Shown piece by piece: positions 1 to 11,060 of a stretch of 64,000 nt of DNA (positions are counted from its first letter, which is position 1; each line of letters opens with the position of its first letter). The notes under the pieces were generated by a model. That model saw nothing but the letters and a program-made list of their open reading frames with translations. It had not been told where the DNA came from and ran no database searches. Location: assembly GCA_011109175.1 (NCBI GenBank), contig RDEW01000026.1:389695-453694 (forward strand), read 5' to 3'. Both the position numbers and the translations under genes were made by a program. The DNA is from Dicyema japonicum (Eukaryota; Animalia; Dicyemida).

Positions 1-420
1 CATTTTTACCAGTTTTATCTTCCAGACCTTCATGATTTACTTGCTATATCTGTACTCGAACAAATGTTTACCTCCTCAGGATTAACTTGTCACCTCTCGG
101 ATAACTCATTCGATATTCTTTGCTGATTTCCTTTGTTTAAATTATCATGTAAACTGCGGTGGTGGAAAACTGATCTAAGGTTATTACGTGGAATAAGGGC
201 ACTCAAATGTACTTAGAATTAATCCTTCAATATTGTGAGACATTATTTTTATATAACCTCTCAAATTAAGACATTGAATTATAAAATGACAATCAAGCAA
301 TGTGCGTTGCTATTGTCTTCAAAAACGAAAAATTTTTCCTCCCATTCGCGGTTAAATGCACGATTTTCTTGAATAATCTTTCCAATTCTTTTAACACGTT
401 TTTTAAAGTGGATTGATTCA
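1..420 (-). mobile_element. hAT (SPIN/GTF2IRD2-like) transposase N-terminal fragment, decayed, runs off window start
   Basis: Minus-strand translation near 420-280 gives KRIGKIIQENRAFNREWEEKFFVFEDNSNAHCL, resembling the ENRxFxxEWxxKYFF..CLIC start of GTF2IRD2/SPIN transposases; stops and frameshifts present. Confidence 0.5.
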
Positions 421-459
421 GGTTACTCTTATTTATAAAAAAACGACACTTTATTTTTA

Positions 460-675
460 TAAGGTCCGGTCCACCAATTCAAAAGGATTTGGAAACGCCC
501 AGGAGCACCTAGTGCCCGCCTAAAAAGGACCGATAGACCCCATCCTCCTGGGGTCATTTTCGTCCCCGGGCACGAAGGAAGAACACCGGGAAAAGATGAG
601 GTCTCTGTTAGAATACATCGGAATCACGTGATAATTAGTTTGGTTTTACCGTGGTCTTGGGTTAAATAAATAAAA
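460..675 (+). mobile_element. 3' end of a jockey/I-like LINE
   Basis: Encodes EEHREKMRSLLEYIGIT* followed by a 3' UTR (cacgtgataattagtttggttttaccgtgg..aaataaataa) nearly identical to 16883-16933; the same C-terminal peptide recurs at 32570-32650 and 37850-38070. Confidence 0.55.
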
Positions 676-679
676 AAAG

Positions 680-3360
680 CACGTTTTTCAGACATGTTAG
701 TAATTAGTTTGTTAATAGCACCTCCGCGTTGCCATAAGCACGTAAAATGCCTAGGGGTTTCGCTCGTACCGTACACTCGACTATCCTCCCAATCAGCCCT
801 CTCCATTTAGCTCTGTTTCTCGCGCGTTTACGAATATCCTCAAGATCGTGACCCCGAAATCCAATTCCGTGACTTGAATAGTAATCTTCCATGATTTGAT
901 TGCAAGGAATCACTTCGTCCATTCTCACATGTCCGAAGAGTCGCCAGTGTGAGGTAATTACTTGTCTGCTTATCGGTTTGCATTTACATAATTTGTAGAA
1001 AGTGTCGTTTCTGATAATCTGTGGCCATTTGATTCCCGCTATTTTTCTCAATTGATTTCTATGAAATGTGTCTAGTCTGTCAAGGTCAGTTTTTGAAGTT
1101 CCTCATGTTCCCGAGTTATTTAATAGGACTGGTTGTATGAACGCGTTATATAATCGCATCAGAAGATTTAAGGAGATAAGTTTTCTGAGAGTCCAAATAC
1201 TCCACATCTTTTTCAATGCACACGATGCCAACATCTTTCTACGAGCAATGTCCTCAGCATCACCCAAAAACGAGCCGAGCCTCTTAGTAAACCTCCATTT
1301 CTCATCAATCCATGTCGATAACCGCTGAATCGAAGTTAACTCTGTTTTTTCTGAATTGATCTTCAAAGACCACCTCTCCAGAACAGTTGTGGCTTTATCT
1401 ACTGCAGTTCTAGTACCTCCACATCCTCAGACACAAAATCGATGTCATCAGCATATATCAATTCCACAAAATGATTATTTAAGTGACCCAATTCTTTTCT
1501 AACGTCCCTCAACGCAACTTCCAAATAGATTGCAAAGAGAACTGGCAAAAGCGAGTCCCCTTGAGGAGTACCAATCCCGGTCGTGAATTTTTCCGAATAG
1601 CCCTTCCCCACTTTTACTATGAGGCTCGTGTCAGCCAGCAAAAAACGCACAATCCTCAAACAGTCCTCATCAATTATGTCTTTGAGAACTTGCAGTAGTT
1701 TATCTCGGCAGACACATTCGAATGCTTTCGATAAGTCGACTCCCAGAATATACATTGTTTTTCTGTACTTCTGACATATTGCCGTAAGCCACCGATGACT
1801 CCATACTATATCAGCGGTCGATCTTCCTGGTCTGAATCCGCTTTGACTTGGTGACAAGTATTGGTCAACTGAATTTGACATTCAATGTTGTAATCGACAA
1901 TGTTTTTCGCAAAGTGGTCACCCACAATCGGCCTAAGATTTTCAATTGGACCTGCAGTTTTGCCATGTTTTTGTAAAAGAAGTAGAACTCCCATCGCGAT
2001 GTCAATTGAACAATGAGTCCTGAATATCTCGTTGAATATAAAAGTTATTTTTTCTGCTAGCTGGGTTGGTGCATATTTTAACAACTCTCCACAAATTTTG
2101 TCATAGCTAACTGCTCTGTTGTTATTCAAGCGAAGGAGTGCTCCGCGAATCTCGGAATCCGTAAACACATTATTAAGTGAACGAGGCTGTCCTTTGAATT
2201 GTGTGGAAGGTAAAATATCCTCTCGATTGAACTGTTCGCTAAAGTGTTGGGCTATAAGTCCAGCAGAATGGTTAGCGTCCAGTACAAAGTGACCGAACTC
2301 ATCTTGAATTTTTAAATTGGTTTTAGCTGACCCGCGCTTGAGTAAGCGCACAGCCATAAACATTTTTGCACCTGAATGTAATCTTTCCATTTCCAATACT
2401 CGTTGGTCCAAAAAGTCCGACCATGATCGGAGCACATTCTTCTTAATTTCGTGTTGGACTGTATTCCGCAATTTTTTTAATTCGGATTTTCGTTCAGGAT
2501 CACAAGCTTCAATTTGAAATCTTATATCTCGTTGACGGATAGACAACTCATTGACTGTCGAGTTATATGCTCCTTTCTGTCATCCTTTCATAGTATTTTC
2601 GCGAATCCCAACTGTTTCTTTGGCAGCCGTCATTATGGCTTCAGAGATTCTTTTCCACACGATGTGGGGTAGGCCATCAATAAAAATATTGGATAGATAC
2701 TGGTCTATTCGCTGCTGGTATCTCGTGAGGAGTGCAGGATTATTTACTAATTCTTCTCCCGCTATCATCTGTGTTTTTCTGGGACGTGCATGATTCGCAT
2801 ATAATATTCCATAAAGCCTGCTAAGATTCAACCGACAGACTACGATCTTGTGATCGCTATTTGTCAATGCTCCTCATATGTTCTGTTTGATGTTTGAGGC
2901 AATTCCTTTGACATTGAAAGATGTAATGGAAAAAAGCGTAGAGTGGATTGATCGAGAATACGATAAAGACATCACAATGAAAGTGGTGTCAACCAACTCA
3001 ACCAACACAGNGGGGTAGGCCATCCATAGAAATATTGGATAGATACTTGTCCATTCGCTGCTGGTACCTCGTGAGGAGTGCAGGATTATTTACTAATTCT
3101 TCTCCCGATATCATCTGTGTTTTTCTGGGACAAGCATGATTCGCATATAATATTCCATAAAGCCTGCTAAGATTCAACCGACAGGCTACGATCTGTGATC
3201 GCTATTTGTCAATGCTCCTCATATGTTCTGTTTGATGTTTGAGGCAATTCCTCTGACATTGAAAGATGTAATGGAAAAAAGCGTAGAGTGGATTGATCGA
3301 GAATACGATAAAGACATCACAATGAAAGTGGTGTCAACCAACTCAACCAACACAGACATG
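680..3360 (-). mobile_element. RTE-clade non-LTR retrotransposon, frameshifted, APE domain largely deleted
   Basis: ORFs 1806..2546, 1399..1881, 1103..1366 and 704..1051 carry RT motifs (QSGFRPGRSTAD, GVDLSKAF, GTPQGDSL, YADD) and the RTE C-terminus (WRLFGHVRM). Confidence 0.88.
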
Positions 3361-3480
3361 ACAAAATAATGAACTACAGTAAACTCCCTCAAATTTGCCA
3401 TTTTTGGTTCCAGCGAAATTGTGGCAAATTTGAGAATTGGCAGATTTCAGAATAAAATTTTATTTGAATTTTTAATTATT

Positions 3481-3650
3481 ATGGGGTAAAATTGGCCCAC
3501 CGCAAGAAAGACGTGCGGGAAGCGGTCTGGCTGAGGCAAAGAATTGGTATCGCAGTTGTTCGCGGAAACGCTTAATCCGTGATGTCAGCAGCCGCTCTCC
3601 CCCATAGTTAATGAATAATATTTTATTGTTGAAAAAAAAATTATTTAAGG
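3481..3650 (+). mobile_element. CRE-clade LINE 3' fragment nested in the pogo element
   Basis: Encodes REAVWLRQRIGIAVVRGNA..VMSAAALP and is near-identical to the reverse complement of 33470-33605. Confidence 0.75.
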
Positions 3651-3661
3651 ATAATTAAACT

Positions 3662-3920
3662 TTTAAAATTAATAAATTTTATTTTTAAAGAAAACAATAT
3701 TTTTAACCAAAGAAACAAAAATTAATTAAATTTTATTAAAATAATACTCAATTCCCAATTGCCTCTTAGTAGAATTTGTAATATTTTCGTTTAAAATTAA
3801 TAAATTTTATTTTTAAAGAAAACAATATTTTTAACCAAAGAAACAAAAATTAATTAAATTTTATTAAAATAATACTCAATTCCCAATTGCCTCTTATTAG
3901 AATTTGTAATATTTTCGTTA
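3662..3920. repeat. Two-copy tandem duplication, about 127-bp unit
   Basis: Adjacent copies differ at one visible position (ttagtag vs ttattag). Confidence 0.85.
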
Positions 3921-4599
3921 TATCTTCTTATAGAAGTAATGAATTAGGCATCATTGACATTTTCAATTTTTTCTAGAAGAAATGAACTTTGAATGATTTG
4001 ATGATTCCCAGATCCATAGGTCGAAAAATTCTGCCTTGTGTAATATTAGAGAATCGTTCAGTAAAGCACCTTAAATGTTAGAGTAAATAGTGTACCTTTT
4101 GATTCCATTGAATCCATCCAATCTACTAGATTTTCATCAAGCTCCGGGTTTTTAATTTTTACAAGTTTTTAGTTTAGGATTTCTGTTCTTAAACTGAAAT
4201 AAAAGCGATTCTGCAATAATTAATATTGCATTGACTGTCTTTGATATTCTCCTTTTAAAAATAGAAGAAAATCTGTTGCATTTCGTCTGACATGAAGCTG
4301 ATTTATTGGTTTCTTTATACTCAATATTTACACTTTTTGAGCAATTGAATGTCTGGTGTAGCCTCCAACAGGAACATTCCGACCCATGCTTGCTTCAAAT
4401 TATTTAAATTTTTAAAAATATTTTAAAAAATAAAAATAATTTTTTAAAATGTTGGCAAATATCATTGAAAAATAGAAAAAATCTATAAAAAAATGGCAAA
4501 TTTAAGAGTGCCATATTTGAGAGAGTTTACTGTAATTAAAATTTAATGCAAAAAAGTATTAATATAAAAACAATAGTTTAAATATGTAATATTTTTTTA

Positions 4600-4646
4600 T
4601 AATTTTAAGCGGGCCGCATCTAAGTAGCAGTGGTTGGGAACCACTG
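4600..4646. mobile_element. Isolated right end of a Charlie/Buster-type hAT element
   Basis: ggttgggaaccactg at the end matches the right TIR of the hAT at 41023-42726; no partner end found nearby. Confidence 0.4.
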
Positions 4647-5139
4647 ATTTTCCTGTCATTAGTGATGACATTTATAATAAATCAATGATAATCACTTTGT
4701 TATATTTAACTAGTTTTCTTGAACGACACTACCTCTAGGGGATGATAAAATACAATTAATTTCAGCTGATTCTTCATAAGCCATCTCAAAACGGTTAAGT
4801 CTTAATGACGGGTTTTATAATTCTTTACCATGCGAACCAATGTAGAAAACGTGTATAATCTACAATCTTTTACAACGGCTTCAATGAAATTTCTTGATGG
4901 CAAAATTTAAGTGTAAACTCTCTTAAATTAACTTGTTAATTCAGGATTGAAACATAAGCTATTGATGCATTTTGGATTAGGGTTATGGATTAGGGTTGGG
5001 TTAGGGAGCATGGCAACCAGTCCAGCATGTCACATAATACTTACATCCTTGCGAGACCTGCTCTCTTGGGTTAGCAAAATAATCTGTGAAATGCAGATCA
5101 AAGAGGGATTATCATACAACTTCAAAAATTAAATAAAAA

Positions 5140-6050
5140 GTTAATAACTAGAGGAATCCAGAAGCCCTGACTGCATGGCTATTCCCTCTAAGATTGCGAT
5201 GAAATTCACAGAATATGGGAAAATCAGATTTTCAATCGATCCTTGAATTCCAAAGTTGAGAGTCAAATAGCACAGGAAGTCTCCAAGGAAGAGAGGTTAA
5301 GATTACTTAGTTTAGTAGGTCATCATAACTCTCACTGGGAGGGTGTCTTTATCAAAATAAGCATTCCAGATAAGTCTGGCTCCCGAAAAAAGACACCGTC
5401 TGAGTTGATAAAAATAGGGAGATGTCCTGAGGATATATACAAGCTTATGTACAATGAGACTGCTCCTCAGGAAGAATAATGAGATATTCGGTCAAATATA
5501 AAAAATCGATTATGACAGGTAGGAATCAATAATTCCATATCGCGGAAAACAATATCCGTGGATCCTTTGAAACTGCATCTTCTTGACTATAAGTTGAGGG
5601 GCGATAGGAAAAGTCTAGTGATCATCAGATTACAAGGCACAATTGTGGAGACTTATGGGGGTCTCCACGATGCACCCTTTTAGATGGCCCAGTATCATTC
5701 CATGAAAATCGTCACTTCTTAGGGTAACTTCCGTATTGTAAAAAGTATTTCATCACCTGATGAGGTGAGAGGACTCACTTTGATGGGATAGGTGACATGG
5801 CGTAGATTGAGAGAAAATGGTAAATGCTTGTCAAATAAAATGTTGTCGGTGACGATAGTTTGTTTGCGCGGTCTGTTTGAAAAAGAATGTGCCTCAATGG
5901 CAGCGTGTGATCGAACAAACATCTCTCTTCTACCTTCGAATAGTTTCCAAAGATCACTTCTCTTGGAACAATAAATTTTTTCTTTCTAGTTCGAACTCCA
6001 AGTCTCCCGTACTTAGTTAAAAAAGTAAGTAGTAAAGTGAATTCCCTTGA
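5140..6050 (-). mobile_element. CRE-clade LINE, heavily decayed and internally deleted
   Basis: Minus-strand peptides HAAIEAHSF (RT), KLVYILRTSPY and LPVR, plus a 3' end similar to 47140-47190. Confidence 0.6.
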
Positions 6051-6179
6051 CACAAGAATGGAACAGCAGGAGAGCCCCTAAATGACAATTTCAAAACTCC
6101 CAACGTAAAAATATTAAATTATCACAAAATTTAATATTTCAAGGTTTTTAATGTCGAAAATAATAAATCAATTACTATT

Positions 6180-6690
6180 AGCACTTTCACGAGAGCCATA
6201 ATATTTATATGTGCAGCAAAAAATATAAGAGAAAGAGTTAGCTTGTTCCAGGCTTTTCTGTTCTTAGCCAGATCCCTCAGTGTGTCCAGGCCGTCGGCAG
6301 TGTTTTCTTTACGCCTTTCAGATCGTTTTGTAAAACAACCGAGAGGGTTGTTCTTGGTCTTCCACGAAAGCGTTTTACATGGGAGGAGTAGTAATCTTCC
6401 ATGGTGAATTCGGGGGGATGTCGGGTCCGACCTCAGGACGTGTCCAAAAAGTCTCCAACGAGAGCTAATGATCTCGAGACTTATTGGTGTATAGTCACAC
6501 ATATTTTACAGTCCTTTCCGCGAAATCTTGGATGGCCAGGACATTCCAGTTATGTTTCTTAGATAATTCCTGTGAAACGAGTCTAGCCTCTCCAATTCCT
6601 CTTTTGAGGTGCCCTAGGTCCGAGGGTTGTATAGGAGGATTGGTTTGATAGACGTGTCGTATTAAATCTGATCATACTTGTAAATACGCC
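6180..6690 (-). mobile_element. RTE-clade LINE 3' fragment
   Basis: ORF 6131..6502 has SRWRLFGHVLRSDP..DLAKNRKAWNKL, the RTE C-terminus; ends in the conserved TGGCTCTCGTGAAAGTG motif. Confidence 0.75.
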
Positions 6691-8140
6691 ACCCAACTTG
6701 ATAAAGCTATCACACATGGCGAAATCTCAAATGCAATGGTCACAATTGAGAATGGTGGCTCCCCTGGACCGGATGGAATCAATTCAGAACTTTACAAATA
6801 CACTAACAGACAAACTGGCACAACTACTCAACTCTATGTTTATAAAAAAGAATACCTCGCTCTTGGATCCGGACTATTAATACAAAAACTTAACAAGCAT
6901 ACTGGGCCTGTTGAAAACATACGTCCAATAATCCTGCTAACGGAAATTTCTGGCATTAGTTACGATGAACCGAATCAGAGAACAAGTAGACAACTATCTA
7001 TCCCCTAGTTACAGTGGATTCAGGACAGGAAGATCCACTGCAGATGTAGTATGGAGCCACAAGTGGCGCTGCGCTATCAACCAGAGATTTGAAAGTGCAA
7101 CAACAGTCCTGGGAATAGACCTCTCTTGACACGGTCCGTCGTGGTCTACTTCTCAGGATACTAAAACAATTCTTGGACCCTGATTCTGTCAGTATGATAG
7201 AGTGTTGCTATCTAACACGAAGCTCAGAGTGCGGGTCGATATGACGTTATCCCGTGAATTTATGTGCAATGTTAGTCCTCCCCAGGGAGATTCCTTCTCG
7301 CCCCTGCTATTTGTCATATATCTGGATACAGCATTACGAGATCTTAGGAAGTTCTATGATGGCAACATCGTCGAAATTGCCTATGCGGACGACGTCGACT
7401 TTGTGTCAGAAGACAAATCAGCCCTACTTCAACTCCTCGAGGTGGCCCCTGCTGAGCTAAACCGATGGTTCCTTGAAATGAACACCGCAAAAAACTGACA
7501 TTGTGGAAATCAGGAGAATGAAAAGCAGATCAAGTGAAACATGGCGGAAAACAAACAAACTTGGCTCTTTACTTGAAGACAGTCAAAATATTGCCAGAAT
7601 GAAGGCCCTTGTTTGGGTAACGATGAACAAGTTGAAGAAAAAGTGGATTGGTAAACGACGATCCTGCAAATCACTTCGTTTGAGTCTGTAAAGCCGATCC
7701 TAATGTACAGTTCATCGACCTGGAGAACGTCCAAAACCGAACAACTTGGACTAGACTGTTTCCATCAAAGACAACTTAGATCCCTACAAGGACAGAACTG
7801 GTCAGCAAGAAAAAAAAGGAATCGCTGTACAAGAGATGTTGCACGGGTACACTGAGTCTCGAAATTGCTGATATGCGCTGGAGGCTATTCGGACATATCT
7901 TGCGTATGGATTTGGGCGCTCCAACGAACATAGCAATGGAGGATTCTTTATGAGACAGGGACCGTGCTTTCGTAGACGCCGGCGCAATACATTATTTGAA
8001 ACAGTTGACGAAGATCTTAAGCTTGTGAACAAACATCTAAGAAGTGGGGACGAGTTGAGAAAACTCTTTTACGATCGAAGAAGTTGGAAGAAGTTGGTTC
8101 GGAGGAGTGTTTTGAATACTGCACGAGTGAAATTATAGCT
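6690..8140 (+). mobile_element. RTE-clade LINE RT and C-terminal fragment, frameshifted
   Basis: SPGPDGINSELYKY, ENIRPI, PPQGDSFSPLLF, AYADDVDF and later RTE C-terminal peptides in ORFs 6736..8138. Confidence 0.82.
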
Positions 8141-10011
8141 ACTATAATTTTACAAATGTTGCTTAAAATAATAATGATTTTTTTCATCTGTTTGTCAACC
8201 AAATCCATCTTTCAATACTTCAATACAGGCTTTCCGCTTCCGAAGAGAGCTGCAGAAGTAGGCACAAGCAGATGTTCTAACTTTGGTTCCTTCCTTGGAT
8301 TAGTTAGTTATGACTGTTTGTGCTGGACTTACAATGGTAAGCCTGGGAGTTAATAATAATTATTATTCTTTTACAATCAATCAAAGTGACGTAATCTTTT
8401 GTAATCATGTGGCTGTGATTGATGCTTTTTTTCGTCGCGTGGCCTCATGTGGTGCTATATTTTTGTGTCTTGTTATTTGCTTGACTTAATTTTATTAATT
8501 ATTCCACTATATTCATTCATGCTGTTCAACATGTAGATTCATTGCTATCAAATTGTGCTTGTGTTAGTAGAATGAATAAACACGGGCCTTGCCATTGCAC
8601 CATCGGTTGCACAGGTCATTTGCGAATGGTATAGAATTTAGGTATTCTCACAACCATTAGTTAACGGGCTCTTTCCCAGTAAAGTTGTGTCCTGTTGACT
8701 AAACATGCGATGACTCTTGGTTCTGCGAAATTGTAGTATTATGAAAGCCTATTTTAATTGAATTATGACGAAAACTCCTTAAGGCGGCCAGTCTACCGAG
8801 CTCCCCCTGTTTATCTAATTGATCGTCTGCCATGTGAGAATAGTTGAATAACGTGAACTTTATGGCTTGGATCTGCTGCCCTCTATGTGTGCTGTCCCTG
8901 TGGTCTCCTCTAGGCACGCCCCTGCATACCATGTCCAAAGAGAAAAGCAGTACAGGACTCTCGATCCGCTGGACTCATCCTCTCCCTTTTCGGTCTGAGA
9001 TCACTTTGTTAGCTAAGAACTTTAATTTCTTTTTTTGACCCTCTAATTTTCTTTCTACCAGTTTCTGTCACCCAACATCAACTTGCACTCTTCTGTAAAT
9101 AATCGAGTTCATCCCCTGTTTTTGTCTTCCCTTCAATTTTGTTATAACCCTGATCCAACCAGAAAAAGGCGTAGTTCTCTGCCGTCCACGAAAGCTTCCA
9201 ATTACATTTTTGATCGAAAAAGTCATTATTGGTTAATTGGTTGAGCTGGTGATGTAGTCCTCGTGTTTTATGGGATATCTCATTGCACTAACTGTCTTCA
9301 TCTCCTGAGGAGACATCAGGTTTGATAGGTTTTGGCAATAAACATCATATGCCACAATATTTGGTTTCGACTACTCAGGCCATAATTGAGGGACCTCGGA
9401 TAAGTCAGTCGTGGGGGACAAGGGAGTTATCAGTTACTGATCCTCCGATCACAAATAAAGGACATTCGTTATAGAAATGATCATTAAGCCAAATGTGGGG
9501 GACATTAATTATATAAAAAATCAGGTAAAGTTAGCACACGTGAGAAGTCCTAACAAGCACTCGCCACTCCGTCCAAAATTTTCTGAGTAGTTAGGGTCAA
9601 CCATAACAGTCTCGTAGGCTGAGGTCTTCCGTTTTGTAATGTAGATGCCTTTCCCAACTGACCCAAAGACGCACGTTTGAGTTCCTACGTAAACAAGGAG
9701 GTCTTTGTGGTCATTTTGAGGTTTGTAGAGGTACCAACAATTGCCTATTTTCCCAGATTTCGTCAAAACCACGTGCAAGTCATGTTCGAAGATTTGCAAG
9801 TTTGCCTGATCGCACGGAAATATGTTGTTTAAGTCAGATAATTCACTCGTCGTGTAGTTCTTCAAGTTTGGGGGAGCCTTCAACGACCTGTTCTCCGGTC
9901 GAGTGAAGAGTTCTGGGAGATAAAAATTTAGAGCTAACCAACAATGAAGAACACAGCCAAAAAGGAGTTGACCAAAGTAGTTGACATTCGGAGGAGGTTT
10001 GGCAAGCTCAT
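8100..10011 (-). pseudogene. Orphan membrane/secreted-protein-like gene, decayed
   Basis: ATG at 10011 with hydrophobic N-terminus (MSLPNLLRMSTTLVNSFLAVFFIV), a 26-nt GT-AG intron in frame with ORF 9521..9883, then long open stretches broken by scattered stops, a Thr/Pro-rich segment and a TM-like helix (IIIILSNICKIIVAIISLV, ORF 8017..8208). No family recognised. Confidence 0.35.
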
Positions 10012-11060
10012 TAAATAATAATTATCTTCCTCCACTTTACGTGAAAAATATACAAATTTGGAGTTTCCCTAACAATCTCCTAAATTGTCGATTTCCACAT
10101 ACACGTGGGACCCTATGGTCATTTCGACCAAGCTTAGCTTAACCTCAATCAAAAATCAGGAAACGCCCGAATTCGCTAAATATGGCTCAGACTTGCTGGA
10201 TGCTTGCCAAATCTCGAATGTAGTCACGGAAGCTCGAAGGAGGCTTTTTAAAAGTAGACCTGAAGACATAAGCTAACGTTATCATGGAGGACTTTTCCAA
10301 GCTCTCCGATTCCATTAACGAACGTGTACCACCCGAACGTTTGTCAAAAACGCAGAACTCGAAAAGATTTGGAGGTAATAGAAGAGAGTGAGGACTTAAA
10401 TGGATTGCATGAGCTTACTCACGAGGGAAAAAGCGGAGAAGGATGTTGTTAGTTTCTCAGGATGCACGTGCTTGGTCATAACCATGGTATGTAAAAACTG
10501 CATTAAATGATACTTTTTGATAATCTTGTTATAATTACTGATATTATCTTGGATAATAGATTAGGCCACAACCACCATCCATGTTATAATCATTTTGCTA
10601 TTCTAATTTCTGGACTATCTTGAAAATGGACACAACCTACCGAAAATATACGAAGGCCAAGAGAGCTGATTAACTCTTACAATTGTGCTAACTACCTGAA
10701 AAGTGAGTTGAACACCAGGGACGACCTGGACAATATGAGATCAATGGGGGAGGTTGACATTTAATATCGTCTCTTGGGGCTTAAGTATTATGAGTCACGT
10801 GGAAATGCTTAATCATTCAACTGGGTATCTCCCATGACAAAGGAAACTCATCAACAATGGACAAATCATCATCAGTTACTACCAATCCTATTTCAAATTA
10901 TTAACCAACTCCTCTAACAACCACCAAAAAAGTATATAATCACTCACCCAAAATTACCCAGAAATCTACTCCACCAACAAAGGCCCTAATAGCAAGAAGC
11001 CAGGTCATCCAAAATAGTTTACATAGTACCACACTAATTATTAGTAAATATTAAGTTTAG

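Larger units (their letters stand above)
3377..4532 (-). mobile_element. pogo/Tigger-like DNA transposon, internally deleted
   Basis: Terminal inverted repeats CAGTAAACTC(C/T)CTCAAAT.. flanked by TA on both sides; decayed HTH/CENP-B peptide on the minus strand (MGRNVPVGG..PELDENLVDWMDSMESKG); inverted homologue of 27438-29185. Confidence 0.82.

Noticed and set aside
4972-5007. Degenerate TTAGGG-like repeats (also the complement at about 16935-16960)
   Set aside because: Only 3-4 imperfect units, about 140 bp from the nearest CRE end; too short to call a telomeric remnant or CRE target.
9290-9420. Three in-frame TGA codons suggesting Sec/Trp recoding
   Set aside because: The same frame also contains TAG and TAA; TGA is a normal stop in PACSIN and ABHD11; no SECIS recognised.
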